A stretch of DNA of 64,000 bases, from positions 57,494 to 121,493 of the forward strand of contig CAWISX010000019.1 in the NCBI GenBank assembly GCA_963838855.1, given 5' to 3'. The stretch is from an uncultured Gemmatimonadales bacterium. GTDB taxonomy: Bacteria; Gemmatimonadota; Gemmatimonadetes; Gemmatimonadales; Gemmatimonadaceae. Numbering within the stretch: position 1 is the first letter of the stretch; every line of letters starts with the position of its first letter. A model generated the notes under the pieces. It was not told where the DNA came from. It made no database searches and saw only the letters and a program-made list of their open reading frames with translations. Both the position numbers and the translations under genes were made by a program. Positions 20,301-32,698 of this stretch are shown here, piece after piece.

Positions 20301-20636
20301 TTGGGTGGCGATCGCGAACTGGCGCTGGCAACATTCGTGGCCGCGCGGTTGGCCGCGGGCACGACCGGGCCAACTGCCCTGCCGCTGGCCGTCCGAGCTG
20401 AACGCGCGCAGCACGCGCGCGCGTATTTCGCCGCGCTCTCGCTTCCTTCCGCGGTCCGCGCTCCCTTCGCGCGGCTTGCTGACGCGGCCGCGGGCACCGA
20501 CGCTCCTGCCGTCGCGAAGGCACTCGGGATAGTGCTGGACTCGGTGGCACGGTCGCTCAACGCCGCGGCGCGAGCCGAGCTCGAAACGTTGTGCGCAACG
20601 CTGGATGGCACGAAGGGCGCTAGCGCGACTCGCTGA
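20301..20636 (+). CDS. possible small Ala-rich hypothetical protein (start undetermined: 20211, 20217, 20301 or 20337)
   Basis: This is the tail of track ORF 19371-20636 that lies in the otherwise empty ~500-nt gap between the PorX-like gene and yebC. Nearly every codon ends in G/C, as real genes here do. No motif recognised. Confidence 0.25.
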   Translation: MGGDRELALATFVAARLAAGTTGPTALPLAVRAERAQHARAYFAALSLPSAVRAPFARLADAAAGTDAPAVAKALGIVLDSVARSLNAAARAELETLCATLDGTKGASATR

Positions 20637-20681
20637 TTCGATCGCTCATGTCGCGCCTGGGCGCTGCGATATATTTGCAGC

Positions 20682-21425
20682 ATGGCAGGGCACAGTAAGT
20701 GGAAACAGATCAAGCACTACAAGGCCGCAGCCGACGCCAAGCGCGGAGCCCAGTTCACAAAGCTCATTCGAGAAATCACGGTTGCGGCCAGGCAGGGCGG
20801 CGGCGACCCGGCGGGGAACCCCCGCCTGCGCGCGGCGATTGACAGCGCCCGAGGGGCGTCGATGCCCAAGGACAACATCGAGCGCGCTATCAAGAAGGGC
20901 ACCGGAGACCTCGATGGAGTGCAATACACGGACATCTTGTACGAGGGTTACGGGCCTGGTGGCGTCGCCTTGATGATCCAGGCGCTCACGGACAATCCTA
21001 CGCGTACCGTCGCGGAGATTAGACACAAGCTCTCACGCGGCGGCGGCAACCTCGGCGCTGCGCATTCGGTTGCGTGGATGTTCGAGCGCAAAGGACAGAT
21101 CTACATCGACGCGGCCTCCTACGACGAGGACGTAGCGCTCGAAGGTGCTCTGGAGGCTGGCGCGGACGACGTGCAACGTGAGGATGACCGGTTCATCGTC
21201 ACGACCGACCCCACGTCAGTCGCCACCGTGCGGGCTGCCCTCGATGGAAGGGGGATCCTGGCCACGGAGAGCGAGGTCGCCTGGATTCCGAAGACGACCG
21301 TTCGCGTGGAGGGCAAGACCGCCGAGCAGTTGGTCAAGCTGCTCGAGGAGCTGGAGGACCTGGACGACGTTCAGAAGGTCGATGCGAACTTCGACATGGA
21401 CGTGGCCGACATGGCTCGCGCCTAA
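20682..21425 (+). CDS. yebC: YebC/PmpR family DNA-binding transcriptional regulator
   Basis: 247-aa ORF starting MAGHSKWKQIKH, the family signature N-terminus. Confidence 0.95.
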   Translation: MAGHSKWKQIKHYKAAADAKRGAQFTKLIREITVAARQGGGDPAGNPRLRAAIDSARGASMPKDNIERAIKKGTGDLDGVQYTDILYEGYGPGGVALMIQALTDNPTRTVAEIRHKLSRGGGNLGAAHSVAWMFERKGQIYIDAASYDEDVALEGALEAGADDVQREDDRFIVTTDPTSVATVRAALDGRGILATESEVAWIPKTTVRVEGKTAEQLVKLLEELEDLDDVQKVDANFDMDVADMARA

Positions 21426-21431
21426 GGACGG

Positions 21432-21923
21432 GTGACTGTTCTCGGGATCGACCCGGGGACTAGCATCACGGGCTACGGCGTCGTTCGCCGCCTCGCCAAC
21501 GGCCGATCACAATTGCCATCGCTCGTCGAATGCGGCGTCATTCGCACACGCACGCGTGACCCGCTTGCCACTCGCCTGCATGAGATCTACATGGGCGTGA
21601 CAGAGCTGATCGCGCGCCATCAACCTGACGTTCTCGCCGTGGAGGACGTTTTCTACAGGCGCAACGTGCGCACCGCGGTCGTGCTGGGCCACACACGCGG
21701 GGTAATCCTGCTCGCGGGCGCGTGTGCCGGCATACGCGTCCACGAGTTCACGCCAGCGTCGATCAAGAAGTCGGTCGTTGGCGCCGGCGGCGCATCCAAG
21801 CAGCAAGTGCAGTTCATGGTCATGCGATTGCTTCGCCTCAAGTCGATGCCCGAGCCTTTCGATGCCGCCGACGGCGTTGCTGCGGCGTTGACCTATTGCA
21901 TGGCGCAACCGCTCAGCCTGTGA
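21432..21923 (+). CDS. ruvC: crossover junction endodeoxyribonuclease RuvC
   Basis: 163-aa ORF with VLGIDPGTSITGYGVV (catalytic Asp) and a ...EDVFY... motif. Confidence 0.95.
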   Translation: MTVLGIDPGTSITGYGVVRRLANGRSQLPSLVECGVIRTRTRDPLATRLHEIYMGVTELIARHQPDVLAVEDVFYRRNVRTAVVLGHTRGVILLAGACAGIRVHEFTPASIKKSVVGAGGASKQQVQFMVMRLLRLKSMPEPFDAADGVAAALTYCMAQPLSL

Positions 21924-22510
21924 TCTCACAGGTCGCGGGGCGACTCGTCGCGAAGTCCGTCGACCGTGCAGAGGTCATGACGCCAGCGGGCACGGGCTAT
22001 GAGCTGGCGATACCGCTGACGCTCGCTGAGTCGCTTCCCGCCCCAGGTGCCGAGGTAGCGCTGCACACGCATTTGGTGGTGAAGGAAGACGGGTGGCAGC
22101 TGTACGCGTTCGCTACTCCGTTCGAGCGCCAAGTATTTCGCGCCATACTCGTCGCCAAAGGGGTCGGTCCCGCACTCGCGCTCAATCTGCTGTCGACCCT
22201 GACGGCCGAGAGGCTCGTGCGCGCAATTCGCGACCGTGACGTCGCGACATTGCAAACCGTACCTCGGGTCGGACGAAAGAAAGCCGAGCAACTCGTGCTC
22301 GATGTTGCGGATCGAATGGATGAGCTCTTTGCCGAGGCGGTAGCAGCGGCACCGCGCGGGCCGGGCGCCGAGGACGCAGTCCGCGGTCTCGTGCAGCTAG
22401 GCTACTCGCGCGCGGACGCCGAGCGAGCGGTTCGCGTGGCGATTAACGCCGGGCCGGGCGGGCGCCCGGTCACGGAGCTCATACGGGCTGCGCTCGCGGC
22501 CATTTCGTGA
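21920..22510 (+). CDS. ruvA: Holliday junction branch migration complex subunit RuvA
   Basis: The GTG at 21920 overlaps the ruvC stop (GTGA). Translation [32 protein letters not shown]...[20 protein letters not shown] shows the HhH motifs. Confidence 0.9.
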   Translation: MISQVAGRLVAKSVDRAEVMTPAGTGYELAIPLTLAESLPAPGAEVALHTHLVVKEDGWQLYAFATPFERQVFRAILVAKGVGPALALNLLSTLTAERLVRAIRDRDVATLQTVPRVGRKKAEQLVLDVADRMDELFAEAVAAAPRGPGAEDAVRGLVQLGYSRADAERAVRVAINAGPGGRPVTELIRAALAAIS

Positions 22511-22553
22511 GCGGATTCATCATCTTCGGTCTCTCTACGGGGTATATTGCCGC

Positions 22554-23624
22554 ATGGTGATCGCGCGCACGCCCACCACGGAGGATACACCGGAGGCCCG
22601 CCGCAGCGAGATAACGACACCGGACGAGCTTCCCGAGGAAGGGCCGGTAGAGTTCTCGCTTCGGCCGCAACGGCTGGCCGAATTCATCGGGCAGGCCAAG
22701 GTCAAGGACAGCCTCCGGATTTACATCGACGCTGCGCTGCGCCGGCGCGAGCCGCTTGACCACACGCTTTTTTTGGACCGCCGGGGCTCGGCAAGACTAC
22801 GTTGGCCGAGCTGATAGCGCGCGAGGTCGGCGTCAACATCCACTCCAAATCCGGGCCGTCGCTCGAAAAGCCGGGTGACCTGGTCGGCACGCTGACCAAC
22901 CTGCGCGAGGGCGACGTCCTATTCATCGACGAGATCCACCGCCTTCGCCCGATAATAGAGGAGTTCCTCTACCCGGCCATGGAGGAGTTCAAGATCGAGA
23001 TCAGGCTGTCCGACGGCCCCAAGGCGCAGACCATTACCATGCCCATTGAGCGGTTCACGCTTGTAGGCGCCACCACTCGGCTTGGCTTGCTCACTGCCCC
23101 GCTGAGGGCTCGCTTCGGGATAGAGCAGCGGCTGAACTACTACCCCGATGCAGATCTCGAGATGATCGTGCGGCGCACGGCCGACGTGCTCAAAGTCGAG
23201 ATCGACGACGCGGGCGCCACCGAGCTGGCGTGCAGATCGCGGGGCACGCCGCGCGTGGCCAATCGGCTTCTGCGTCGCGTGCGCGATTTCGCTCAGGTGC
23301 GTGCCGATGGAATCATCACGCAAGCGGTGGCTATTCGCGCGCTCCAGATGCTCGAATGTCGACACTCACGGGCTGGATGACATGGATGCGCGCATTCTGA
23401 AGACGATCATAGAGAAGTTCGACGGCGGGCCGGTCGGAATTGGTACCATCGCCGCCGCCGTTGGCGAGGATTCCGGAACGATCGAAGAGGTGTACGAGCC
23501 ATTTCTCGTTCAAAACGGATTCTTGCAGCGTACCCCCCGCGGACGCCTTGCGACAGCGCTGGCGTACCGACACTTCGGATACGAGCCGAGCGGAGGCCCG
23601 CAGCAACCGGAGCTGTTTTCGTAA
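22554..23624 (+). CDS. ruvB: Holliday junction DNA helicase RuvB, two apparent frameshifts
   Basis: It is read in three pieces: track ORFs 22554-22814, 22802-23380 and 23301-23624. The Walker A region [20 protein letters not shown] is broken in a T7 run at 22768-22774, where in-frame reading needs T8. The second break is at ~23357 (LQMLE then [10 protein letters not shown]). Confidence 0.9.
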
Positions 23625-25781
<2,157 letters not shown>

Positions 25782-25782
<1 letters not shown>

Positions 25783-26108
25783 TGAGTAACACCGTGACAA
25801 GTCAGCTGATCACGTTTGGGGCAATCTTCGCGATCTTCTATTTCATCCTGATCAGACCGCAGCAGCAGCAGCGGAAAAAGCACGAACGCGCGCTCTTTGC
25901 CATGAAGAAGGGCGACGAGGTCGTAACCACGGGTGGCGTCGTCGGCGAGGTAGTTCATATCCGCACGCTGGGGTCCGATGGAGCCACGACACTCGAGGAC
26001 CGCGTCACCATCAAGTCCGGTGACGCTCGACTGGTAGTCGAGCGAGGCAAAATCACGCGTATCGTCGGCACAGAGACCGCCAAACCCGCGGCCAGCTCCA
26101 CGCCCTGA
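25782..26108 (+). CDS. yajC: preprotein translocase subunit YajC
   Basis: 108-aa ORF with one N-terminal TM helix followed by IRPQQQQRKKHERALFAMKKGDEVVTTGGVVGEV. Canonical position after tgt. Confidence 0.85.
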
Positions 26109-26115
26109 GGCAGCC

Positions 26116-26688
26116 GTGAGCCTGCTCGATATTCACGTGCTCGGCTCGCCAGTTCTGCGGCAAGAAACGACCCCGGTGACTGTCGTGACCGATGCGATTC
26201 GCCACCTCATCGACGACATGTTTGAGACTATGTACGCCGCGCGCGGCATTGGACTTGCCGCGCCGCAAGTAGGGCGCTCCGAACGCTTGACCGTGATCGA
26301 CATCACGCGCGATCGGGACTCCAAGCAACCCATGGTTTTCATCAACCCTGAAATTGTCACGTGCGAGGGCGCGATTCGTGGCGAGGAGGGTTGCCTCTCG
26401 ATCCCGGAAGTCTTCGGCGAAGTGCAACGCTCGGCCAGCGTGGTGGTCCGCGCCCTGGACCGCGACGGTCAACGTTTCGAGGTGGAGGCCACGGAGCTGC
26501 TCGCCCGCTGCCTGCAACACGAGATTGATCATTTACATGGGCGGCTGTTCATCGATCACCTGAGTCTCCTCAAGCGCCGGTCCGCGTTGGCCAAGTGGGA
26601 TGAGGAGAAGGGCAAGTATCCCGACTTTCGACGCACGGTCGTGCCAGCCGTGCTCATCGCGGAGCATCACGACGACGCGGAGCTCTGA
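26116..26688 (+). CDS. def: peptide deformylase
   Basis: All three motifs are present: GIGLAAPQVG, EGCLSIP and HEIDHL. Confidence 0.95.
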   Translation: MSLLDIHVLGSPVLRQETTPVTVVTDAIRHLIDDMFETMYAARGIGLAAPQVGRSERLTVIDITRDRDSKQPMVFINPEIVTCEGAIRGEEGCLSIPEVFGEVQRSASVVVRALDRDGQRFEVEATELLARCLQHEIDHLHGRLFIDHLSLLKRRSALAKWDEEKGKYPDFRRTVVPAVLIAEHHDDAEL

Positions 26689-26723
26689 ACTGCCGCGCGT
26701 CGGCCGACCCCTTTGAAGCGCGT

Positions 26724-27665
26724 GTGATGCGCGTACTGTTCTGGGGCACGCCGGAGTTTGCCGCACCGGCGCTGCGCGCGCTGTTGGGCGAGGGCTTCGA
26801 TGTTGTCGGCGTTGTAACCCAGCCGGACCGACCGCGCGGGCGGTCGCGCTCTCGCCTCGTCCCGTCGCCAATCAAGGAGGTCGCGCTCGCCGAGGGGCTT
26901 CCAATTCTGCAGCCCGAATCGCCGCGCGCGCCCGACTTTCTGGCCGCAGTGAAGGAGCTTGACGCCACAGCATCGGTTGTTGTCGCCTACGGTCACATCC
27001 TACCGCAGACTCTGCTCGACGCTCCGCCGCTCGGGACCTTCAATGTGCATGCGTCGTTGCTGCCGTCGCTTCGCGGGGCCGCACCAATCCAGGCTGCGAT
27101 CCGCAATGGATTGCCAGAAACTGGTATCACCGTCATCCGACTCGTGCCTGCACTCGATGCTGGACCCATGATCCTCCAGCTCGCTACGCCGATCGCTCCG
27201 GACGAAACGTACGGCGAGTTACAGCTGCGCCTCTCCGAGCTTGGCGCGGCAGCACTGATAGAAGGTCTGTCGCTGCTCGACGTCGGCGCGGCGCGCGAAA
27301 CGCCGCAGGACGATGCGCAGGCGACGTACGCTCCCAAGGTCGACCGCGAGGCCACACGCGTTGATTGGTCGGGCACCGCGCTGGAAGTCTCTCGCGTCAT
27401 CCGGGCCTACGACCCGAGGCCCGGAGCATTCGCGGGTGGGCCAGGTAGAAAGGAAGTGAAGTTGTTTGGCGCGCTGGTGCTTTCGGGCGCGCCGCCGGGC
27501 GCGCCGGGCGACGTCACCGACATAGGAGACATTGGCCTCGTAGTGGCCTGCGGCAGCGGTGCGGTCGCAATTTCGCAGATTCAGCCCGAGGGACGCCCGC
27601 GCATGTCTCCATTGGAATGGGCGCGCGGACGCGGCATAGCCGTTGGCGACCGTCTGGGCCCATGA
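26724..27665 (+). CDS. fmt: methionyl-tRNA formyltransferase
   Basis: 313-aa ORF with RVLFWGTPEFA and NVHASLLPSLRGAAPIQ. It directly follows def. Confidence 0.95.
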   Translation: MMRVLFWGTPEFAAPALRALLGEGFDVVGVVTQPDRPRGRSRSRLVPSPIKEVALAEGLPILQPESPRAPDFLAAVKELDATASVVVAYGHILPQTLLDAPPLGTFNVHASLLPSLRGAAPIQAAIRNGLPETGITVIRLVPALDAGPMILQLATPIAPDETYGELQLRLSELGAAALIEGLSLLDVGAARETPQDDAQATYAPKVDREATRVDWSGTALEVSRVIRAYDPRPGAFAGGPGRKEVKLFGALVLSGAPPGAPGDVTDIGDIGLVVACGSGAVAISQIQPEGRPRMSPLEWARGRGIAVGDRLGP

Positions 27666-28310
27666 TCATTCCGGTGCTTCACGCAATCACGACCGACGCC
27701 ATCGTGGCGGACAATGGCTTCATAGGGATCGCCTCCGCGGTCATGCGCGCCCTGGGACCCCGCGGCGCTGTCCATGTGCGCGCGCATCGCCTGCCGGCGC
27801 GGCATTCTGCTCGAGGTCGCCGACGCATTGGCTGCGCGACAAAGCGAGACGGGTGCGTGGCTGGTAGTAAACGACCGCGTCGACATCGCACTCATCGCTG
27901 GCGCGCTCGGTGCGCAGCTCACCTCGCGCTCGCTAGCCGGCCTCGACGCACAGCATGCGCGTGCGGTGGCCGGACGCTCCGTGTGTCTGGGCGCCAGTGT
28001 GCACGGCGTTGAAGATGCACGAGCGGCCTCCGACTCAGGCGCCGATTGGCTCGTGGCTGGTCACATATTTCCAACGCCCTCGCACGGTGACACGCCGGCC
28101 CATGGACTCGAGGGGCTGGCGGAGATTTGCCGCGCGAGCGCGGCGCCGGTGATCGCCATCGGCGGCGTGCGTCCAGAGCATGTGCGTGCGATTCGTGCGG
28201 CGGGCGCGTACGGCATCGCGGCATTGCGCGGCATTTGGGATGACGGCGATGCCGCGGCCGCGTGCTATCGCTATCTTTCGGCGCATGACGACAGCGGAGT
28301 TGGCGAGTGA
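27662..28310 (+). CDS. thiE: thiamine phosphate synthase, apparent frameshift near 27798
   Basis: The N-terminus MIIPVLHAITTD...VHVRAHRLPA is in the frame of track ORF 27617-28012. The remainder, ILLEVADALAARQSETGAWLVVNDRVDIAL...VIAIGGV, is in track ORF 27774-28310. The ATG overlaps the fmt stop. Confidence 0.8.
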
Positions 28311-28539
28311 GGAGCTGTCGCTCACGGTAAACGGTGAGCCACGCACCGTCGCTCGCGGATGTACGGTCGCCGATCTGTTGCGCGAGCTACGGCTCGACCC
28401 GCGACAGGTCGTCGTGGAGCATAACCGCGAGATCGTCCGCGTCCGCGATCGCCTGGCGGAGCTCGATGAGTCGCTGTCGCGCCGCGTGCTTTCAGCCGGC
28501 GATATCGTCGAGATCGTCCACTTCGTCGGGGGCGGGTAA
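28285..28539 (+). CDS. thiS: sulfur carrier protein ThiS
   Basis: 84 aa from ATG 28285, ending in ...IVEIVHFVGGG with the C-terminal Gly-Gly. It lies between thiE and thiG. Confidence 0.75.
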   Translation: MTTAELASEELSLTVNGEPRTVARGCTVADLLRELRLDPRQVVVEHNREIVRVRDRLAELDESLSRRVLSAGDIVEIVHFVGGG

Positions 28540-28541
28540 GC

Positions 28542-29363
28542 ATGAGCGCGGTCGCGACGCCGGCACGCGGGACCGCCGAGATCGCGGCGTGGGACCCGCC
28601 CCTCACGATCGCGGGCCGAGAGCTTCGGTCCCGACTCATGGTCGGCACCGGAAAGTACGCGTCACCGGTACTCATGGCTCAGGCTATCGAAGCGTCTGGT
28701 GCGGAGGTCGTCACCGTCGCTGTACGGCGTGTCCCGCTCGACCGCGCGGACGAGCAGGGCATTTTGCATTACCTCGACCCGCACGTTCACCTGCTCCTGG
28801 CCAACACGGCTGGCTGCTTCACTGTCGACGAGGCGGTGCGCTACGCTCGGCTCGCCCGCGCGGCCGGGTTCAACGATTGGGTGAAGCTCGAGGTCATCGG
28901 CGATGCAGAGACGTTGCTGCCGGACTCCGTCGGCACGGTGGAAGCCACGCGCATCCTCGTTGCTGATGGGTTTCGCGTGCTTGCATATACCAACGACGAT
29001 GTGGTTACCGCCCTGCGACTCGAAGACGCGGGCGCCGTCGCGGTTATGCCTCTCGCGTCTCCCATCGGATCCGGCCTCGGGCTGCTCAACCCCTTTGCGG
29101 TGCGCACGATCAAGGCGCGGCTCTCCGTACCTGTCATCGTAGATGCCGGAGTCGGTACCGCGTCGGATGCGTGCCTCACAATGGAGCAAGGCGTTGACGG
29201 CGTGCTGATGAACACCGGCATCGCTCAGGCATCCGACCCCGTGTGCATGGCGGCGGCCATGCGGGCAGGAGTCGAGGCGGGACGGCTCGCGTACCTGGCC
29301 GGGCGCATGCCGCGGAAAGAGATCGCGATTCCGTCGTCGCCTTCGGCAGGCATGCTCGGATGA
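28542..29363 (+). CDS. thiG: thiazole synthase
   Basis: 273-aa ORF with LMVGTGKY, WVKLEVIGD and VMPLASPIGSGLG. Confidence 0.95.
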   Translation: MSAVATPARGTAEIAAWDPPLTIAGRELRSRLMVGTGKYASPVLMAQAIEASGAEVVTVAVRRVPLDRADEQGILHYLDPHVHLLLANTAGCFTVDEAVRYARLARAAGFNDWVKLEVIGDAETLLPDSVGTVEATRILVADGFRVLAYTNDDVVTALRLEDAGAVAVMPLASPIGSGLGLLNPFAVRTIKARLSVPVIVDAGVGTASDACLTMEQGVDGVLMNTGIAQASDPVCMAAAMRAGVEAGRLAYLAGRMPRKEIAIPSSPSAGMLG

Positions 29364-30736
29364 CCGACGAGCTCTCAGCACCCGCCGGAACGCGCGCGGC
29401 GGTTCGCGCGCCGATGGGTGGAGTTACCGAGTCGCGTTTGGCCGCCGCCGAGATCTGCGCGGACCTTCGCGCCGGTGAAATGCTAGATCCCGCGTTCGAC
29501 CGCCGCGCCGGAGCGCTCGACGCGCGCGACCGCAGGTGGACGCAGGAGCTCGTGTACGGCATGCTGCGCCGTCGAGCCGGCATCGATACGCTGCTATCCG
29601 AGCGGGTGCGTGGCGGGCTTGCGCGGCTGGACCCCGACGTTACCGACCTGCTACGACTTGGCGCGAGCCAGCTTCTGTATATGCGCAGCGTTCCCGCATA
29701 CGCGGCCATCGCGCAGACAGTCGAGCTCACCAAGCGCAGGCATGGCATCGGCGCCAGCAGACTCGTGAACGCAGTGCTCCGGCGGCTCGATCGCGAGCGC
29801 GATGGGATCACGATCCCAACCCCGGCGGATCCGCTCGACGCACTTGCGCTGGTCTATTCGCACCCGCGATGGCTCGTAGCCCGATGGGTTGCGCGCTGGG
29901 GGGCCGATGAAACAGAGCAGCTGCTGGCCGCGAATAACCGAGAGGCGCCAGTGATCGTGCGCCCCTATGGCATCGTCCGCGAGCAGCTCGAAGCAAAGCT
30001 GGAATCGGCTAGCGTGCACGTTGAAGATGCGCCGCTCGTTCGGGACAGTATTCGTCTATCGTCGCCCGCGGCGTTCACGGAGCTGGGCGCATTTCGGCAG
30101 GGGCTGTTTTTCGTGCAGGATCCCGCGTCGACCCTCGTCACTCAGTACGCGAGCCTTCCGGCCGGCTACACCGTGGCTGACCTCTGCGCGGCGCCCGGGG
30201 GGAAGACTCTCGAGCTCTCGCGCAATGCCGCTCTGGTGATCGCCGCCGATCGCTCGCTGACGCGTCAGCAGCGCCTCGTCGATACCGTTCGGCGCGTGGA
30301 AGCACGCAATGTGATCGTTCTCGTGGCCGATGCCCTCGCGCCGCCAATCGGCACGGTCGACGCTGTTTTGCTTGACGTGCCGTGCACGGGAACTGGCACT
30401 TTCCGTCGCCACCCGGACGCGCGTTGGCGCCTCAAGCCATCCGATCTCGCAACCATGGCCGCGACGCAACGTGGCATACTGCGCTCCGCGGCTCGCCTGG
30501 TACGCCGCGGCGGCCTTTTGATCTACAGCACATGCTCGCTCGAGCCCGAGGAGAACGACGCACAGATAGAGGCATTTCTCGCCGAGCACGCCGACTGGGC
30601 CCTCGAGCCGCCACCTGAGGGGGTCGTGCCGCAAACCGTAGTCGACGCGGGGCGCTTGCGTGTCCGTCCCCATCGCCACGGGGCCGATGGCGCGTTCGCT
30701 GCTCGACTCAGGAGAGGGGCGGGGGGAAGCGGGTGA
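29360..30736 (+). CDS. rsmB: 16S rRNA (cytosine967-C5)-methyltransferase
   Basis: N-terminal NusB-like region, SAM motif DLCAAPGGKT, and catalytic LDVPCTGTG and LIYSTCSLEPEEN. The ATG at 29360 overlaps the thiG stop. Confidence 0.9.
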   Translation: MTDELSAPAGTRAAVRAPMGGVTESRLAAAEICADLRAGEMLDPAFDRRAGALDARDRRWTQELVYGMLRRRAGIDTLLSERVRGGLARLDPDVTDLLRLGASQLLYMRSVPAYAAIAQTVELTKRRHGIGASRLVNAVLRRLDRERDGITIPTPADPLDALALVYSHPRWLVARWVARWGADETEQLLAANNREAPVIVRPYGIVREQLEAKLESASVHVEDAPLVRDSIRLSSPAAFTELGAFRQGLFFVQDPASTLVTQYASLPAGYTVADLCAAPGGKTLELSRNAALVIAADRSLTRQQRLVDTVRRVEARNVIVLVADALAPPIGTVDAVLLDVPCTGTGTFRRHPDARWRLKPSDLATMAATQRGILRSAARLVRRGGLLIYSTCSLEPEENDAQIEAFLAEHADWALEPPPEGVVPQTVVDAGRLRVRPHRHGADGAFAARLRRGAGGSG

Positions 30737-31461
30737 ATCAGGAGGCGATCCGCCGCCTCCTCCCATACGTCATTGCTGCCACGGGCGGATTCATCCTCGC
30801 ATATCTAATCGTGGTTCTATTCATCTTTCCGCCCGGTGCGCCGCCGGTCAATGCGCCGGTGCCCGACGTTCTGGGTCTCGCGTTCGACGAGGCGTCAACC
30901 CGCTTATCTACCGCCGGGTTTTCCGGCGCCCGCGGAGAATCGCGGTACAACGTGAGTTCCCCACGTTCGACCGTCCTCGAACAGACACCCGCCGCCGGCA
31001 CGTCCGAGCCAAAAGGTACCAAAATCATTTTGGACATCAGCGCCGGCCAGCGCCGAGCGACGGTCCCCAACGTGGTGGGTCTTGACCGCCGCCAGGCCGC
31101 GGCTGCGCTGGACAAGGTTGGCCTCGAGGTTGGTGATGTCGTCGAGCGTGAGAGTCCTCTTCCACGCGACGAGGTCCTCTCGACCTCGCCGACAGCCGGC
31201 ACCGCGATGATCCTTCCATCGGGCGTGTCACTCACGATCAGCTCCGGGCCAGCGACGATATCCGTGCCGTTCGTCGTCGGTCAACCATTTGCCGCGGCAC
31301 GGACGGCATTGGAGCGGGCTGGCCTCACTGCCACGTCGACGGTGGACTCATCATCGAACCAAGCTCCCGGCACGGTCACGCGGCAAGCTCCAACCGAGGG
31401 GACGCCGGTCGGCGCGGGGACCGTGATCCGGCTATGGCTATCAGCGGGACCCAGACCATGA
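30733..31461 (+). CDS. stand-alone membrane-anchored PASTA-repeat protein
   Basis: N-terminal TM helix (LLPYVIAATGGFILAYLIVVLFIF) followed by three repeats of ~65 aa. They begin VPDVLGL..., VPNVVGL... and VPFVVGQ..., each ending in a ...G(T)xI.L..S motif typical of PASTA. There is no kinase or PBP domain. Confidence 0.7.
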   Translation: MNQEAIRRLLPYVIAATGGFILAYLIVVLFIFPPGAPPVNAPVPDVLGLAFDEASTRLSTAGFSGARGESRYNVSSPRSTVLEQTPAAGTSEPKGTKIILDISAGQRRATVPNVVGLDRRQAAAALDKVGLEVGDVVERESPLPRDEVLSTSPTAGTAMILPSGVSLTISSGPATISVPFVVGQPFAAARTALERAGLTATSTVDSSSNQAPGTVTRQAPTEGTPVGAGTVIRLWLSAGPRP

Positions 31462-32123
31462 GCGTACGCATCGCACCGTCCGTTCTGACGGCCGACTGGG
31501 GCCATCTCGCCGACATAGTCGCTGTGTGTCAGGCCGGCGGCGCGGACTGGATCCACCTGGACGTGATGGACGGGCAGTTCGTGCCCAACCTGACTTTCGG
31601 AACGAAAGTCATCGAGACGATCCGCGGCCTTACGAGCGTGCCACTCGATGTGCACATGATGGTCGTCGAGCCGGAGAAGTATTTCGAGGAATTCGCCGAA
31701 GCTGGGGCAAATCGCATGACGATTCACGTGGAAGCGGCGCCCCACCTGCACCGCCAGATCGGGCGTATCAGGCAGTTGGGGTGCGCGGCTGGCGCAGCAG
31801 TCAACCCGGGCACGCCAGTGGAGGCGATCAGCGACGTTGCGGCTGACCTCGACACACTGCTCATCATGTCCGTAGACCCGGGCTTCGGCGGACAGGAGTT
31901 CATCGCGCATTCGGTTGACAAGATTCGACGCGCCCGACTTCTTCTCGACCGCACCGCGAGCAACGCTGCGCTCGAGGTAGATGGGGGCATCGGACGCGAT
32001 ATCATCGCCGCGTGCTGGCGAGCCGGCGCGGACACATTTGTGGCGGGCAACGCAATATTCGGTGCCGCTGACCCGGGTGCGGAGATCCGCGCTCTCCGGG
32101 AGTGCTGTCGCGTGACCACGTGA
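31458..32123 (+). CDS. rpe: ribulose-phosphate 3-epimerase
   Basis: Motifs IAPSVLTADWG, HLDVMDGQFVPN, DVHMMV and MSVDPGFGGQ. Confidence 0.95.
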   Translation: MSVRIAPSVLTADWGHLADIVAVCQAGGADWIHLDVMDGQFVPNLTFGTKVIETIRGLTSVPLDVHMMVVEPEKYFEEFAEAGANRMTIHVEAAPHLHRQIGRIRQLGCAAGAAVNPGTPVEAISDVAADLDTLLIMSVDPGFGGQEFIAHSVDKIRRARLLLDRTASNAALEVDGGIGRDIIAACWRAGADTFVAGNAIFGAADPGAEIRALRECCRVTT

Positions 32124-32698
32124 CTGCTCGGCGACAGTGGATTGCCGTGGGCGTGGCGGCGGCCATCGTAGCGGCCGGCGCCGTGGCGGCGCATGTACTA
32201 CTGGGTCGTGAGTTCGCGCTTGTCACGGTGGGCTCGCATGCCCCCAGTTTCCGTGCCCAGACGCTCGACACTCCGCCCCGCACCAAGTCGCTCGCCGACT
32301 ATTCCGGCCGTGTCGTGATGCTCAACATCTGGGCCACATGGTGCGCGCCCTGCAGAGAGGAGATGCCATCGCTGGAAGTACTCCAGCGCACGTACGGTCC
32401 CCGCGGCCTCGCGATTGTCGCGGTCAGCGTTGATGACTCGGACGCGACCGCGGTCGTGCGAGGCTTCATACGCGAGTATGGCTTGACGTTTGACGTATTG
32501 CATGACGCGTCGGGCTCGGTGCGCGACATTTACCAAACGACCGGCGTACCGGAGACCTTCGTGATCGCCCGAGACGGCACGATACGCAAGAAAGCCGCGC
32601 TCGCGGAAAACTGGGCTTCACCGGGCAACCAGTCTCTCATCGAACAGTTGCTGAACGAAGGTCACGTGGATCGTGGCGCCAAGGACCACGGCGAGTGA
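32120..32698 (+). CDS. TlpA/ResA-family periplasmic thiol:disulfide oxidoreductase
   Basis: N-terminal TM anchor and a thioredoxin fold with WATWCAPCREEMP. The GTG at 32120 overlaps the rpe stop. Confidence 0.85.
   Translation: MTARRQWIAVGVAAAIVAAGAVAAHVLLGREFALVTVGSHAPSFRAQTLDTPPRTKSLADYSGRVVMLNIWATWCAPCREEMPSLEVLQRTYGPRGLAIVAVSVDDSDATAVVRGFIREYGLTFDVLHDASGSVRDIYQTTGVPETFVIARDGTIRKKAALAENWASPGNQSLIEQLLNEGHVDRGAKDHGE

Noticed and set aside
27600-27665. TPP riboswitch upstream of thiE-thiS-thiG
   Set aside because: The thiE ATG overlaps the fmt stop, so there is no leader in which a riboswitch could reside.
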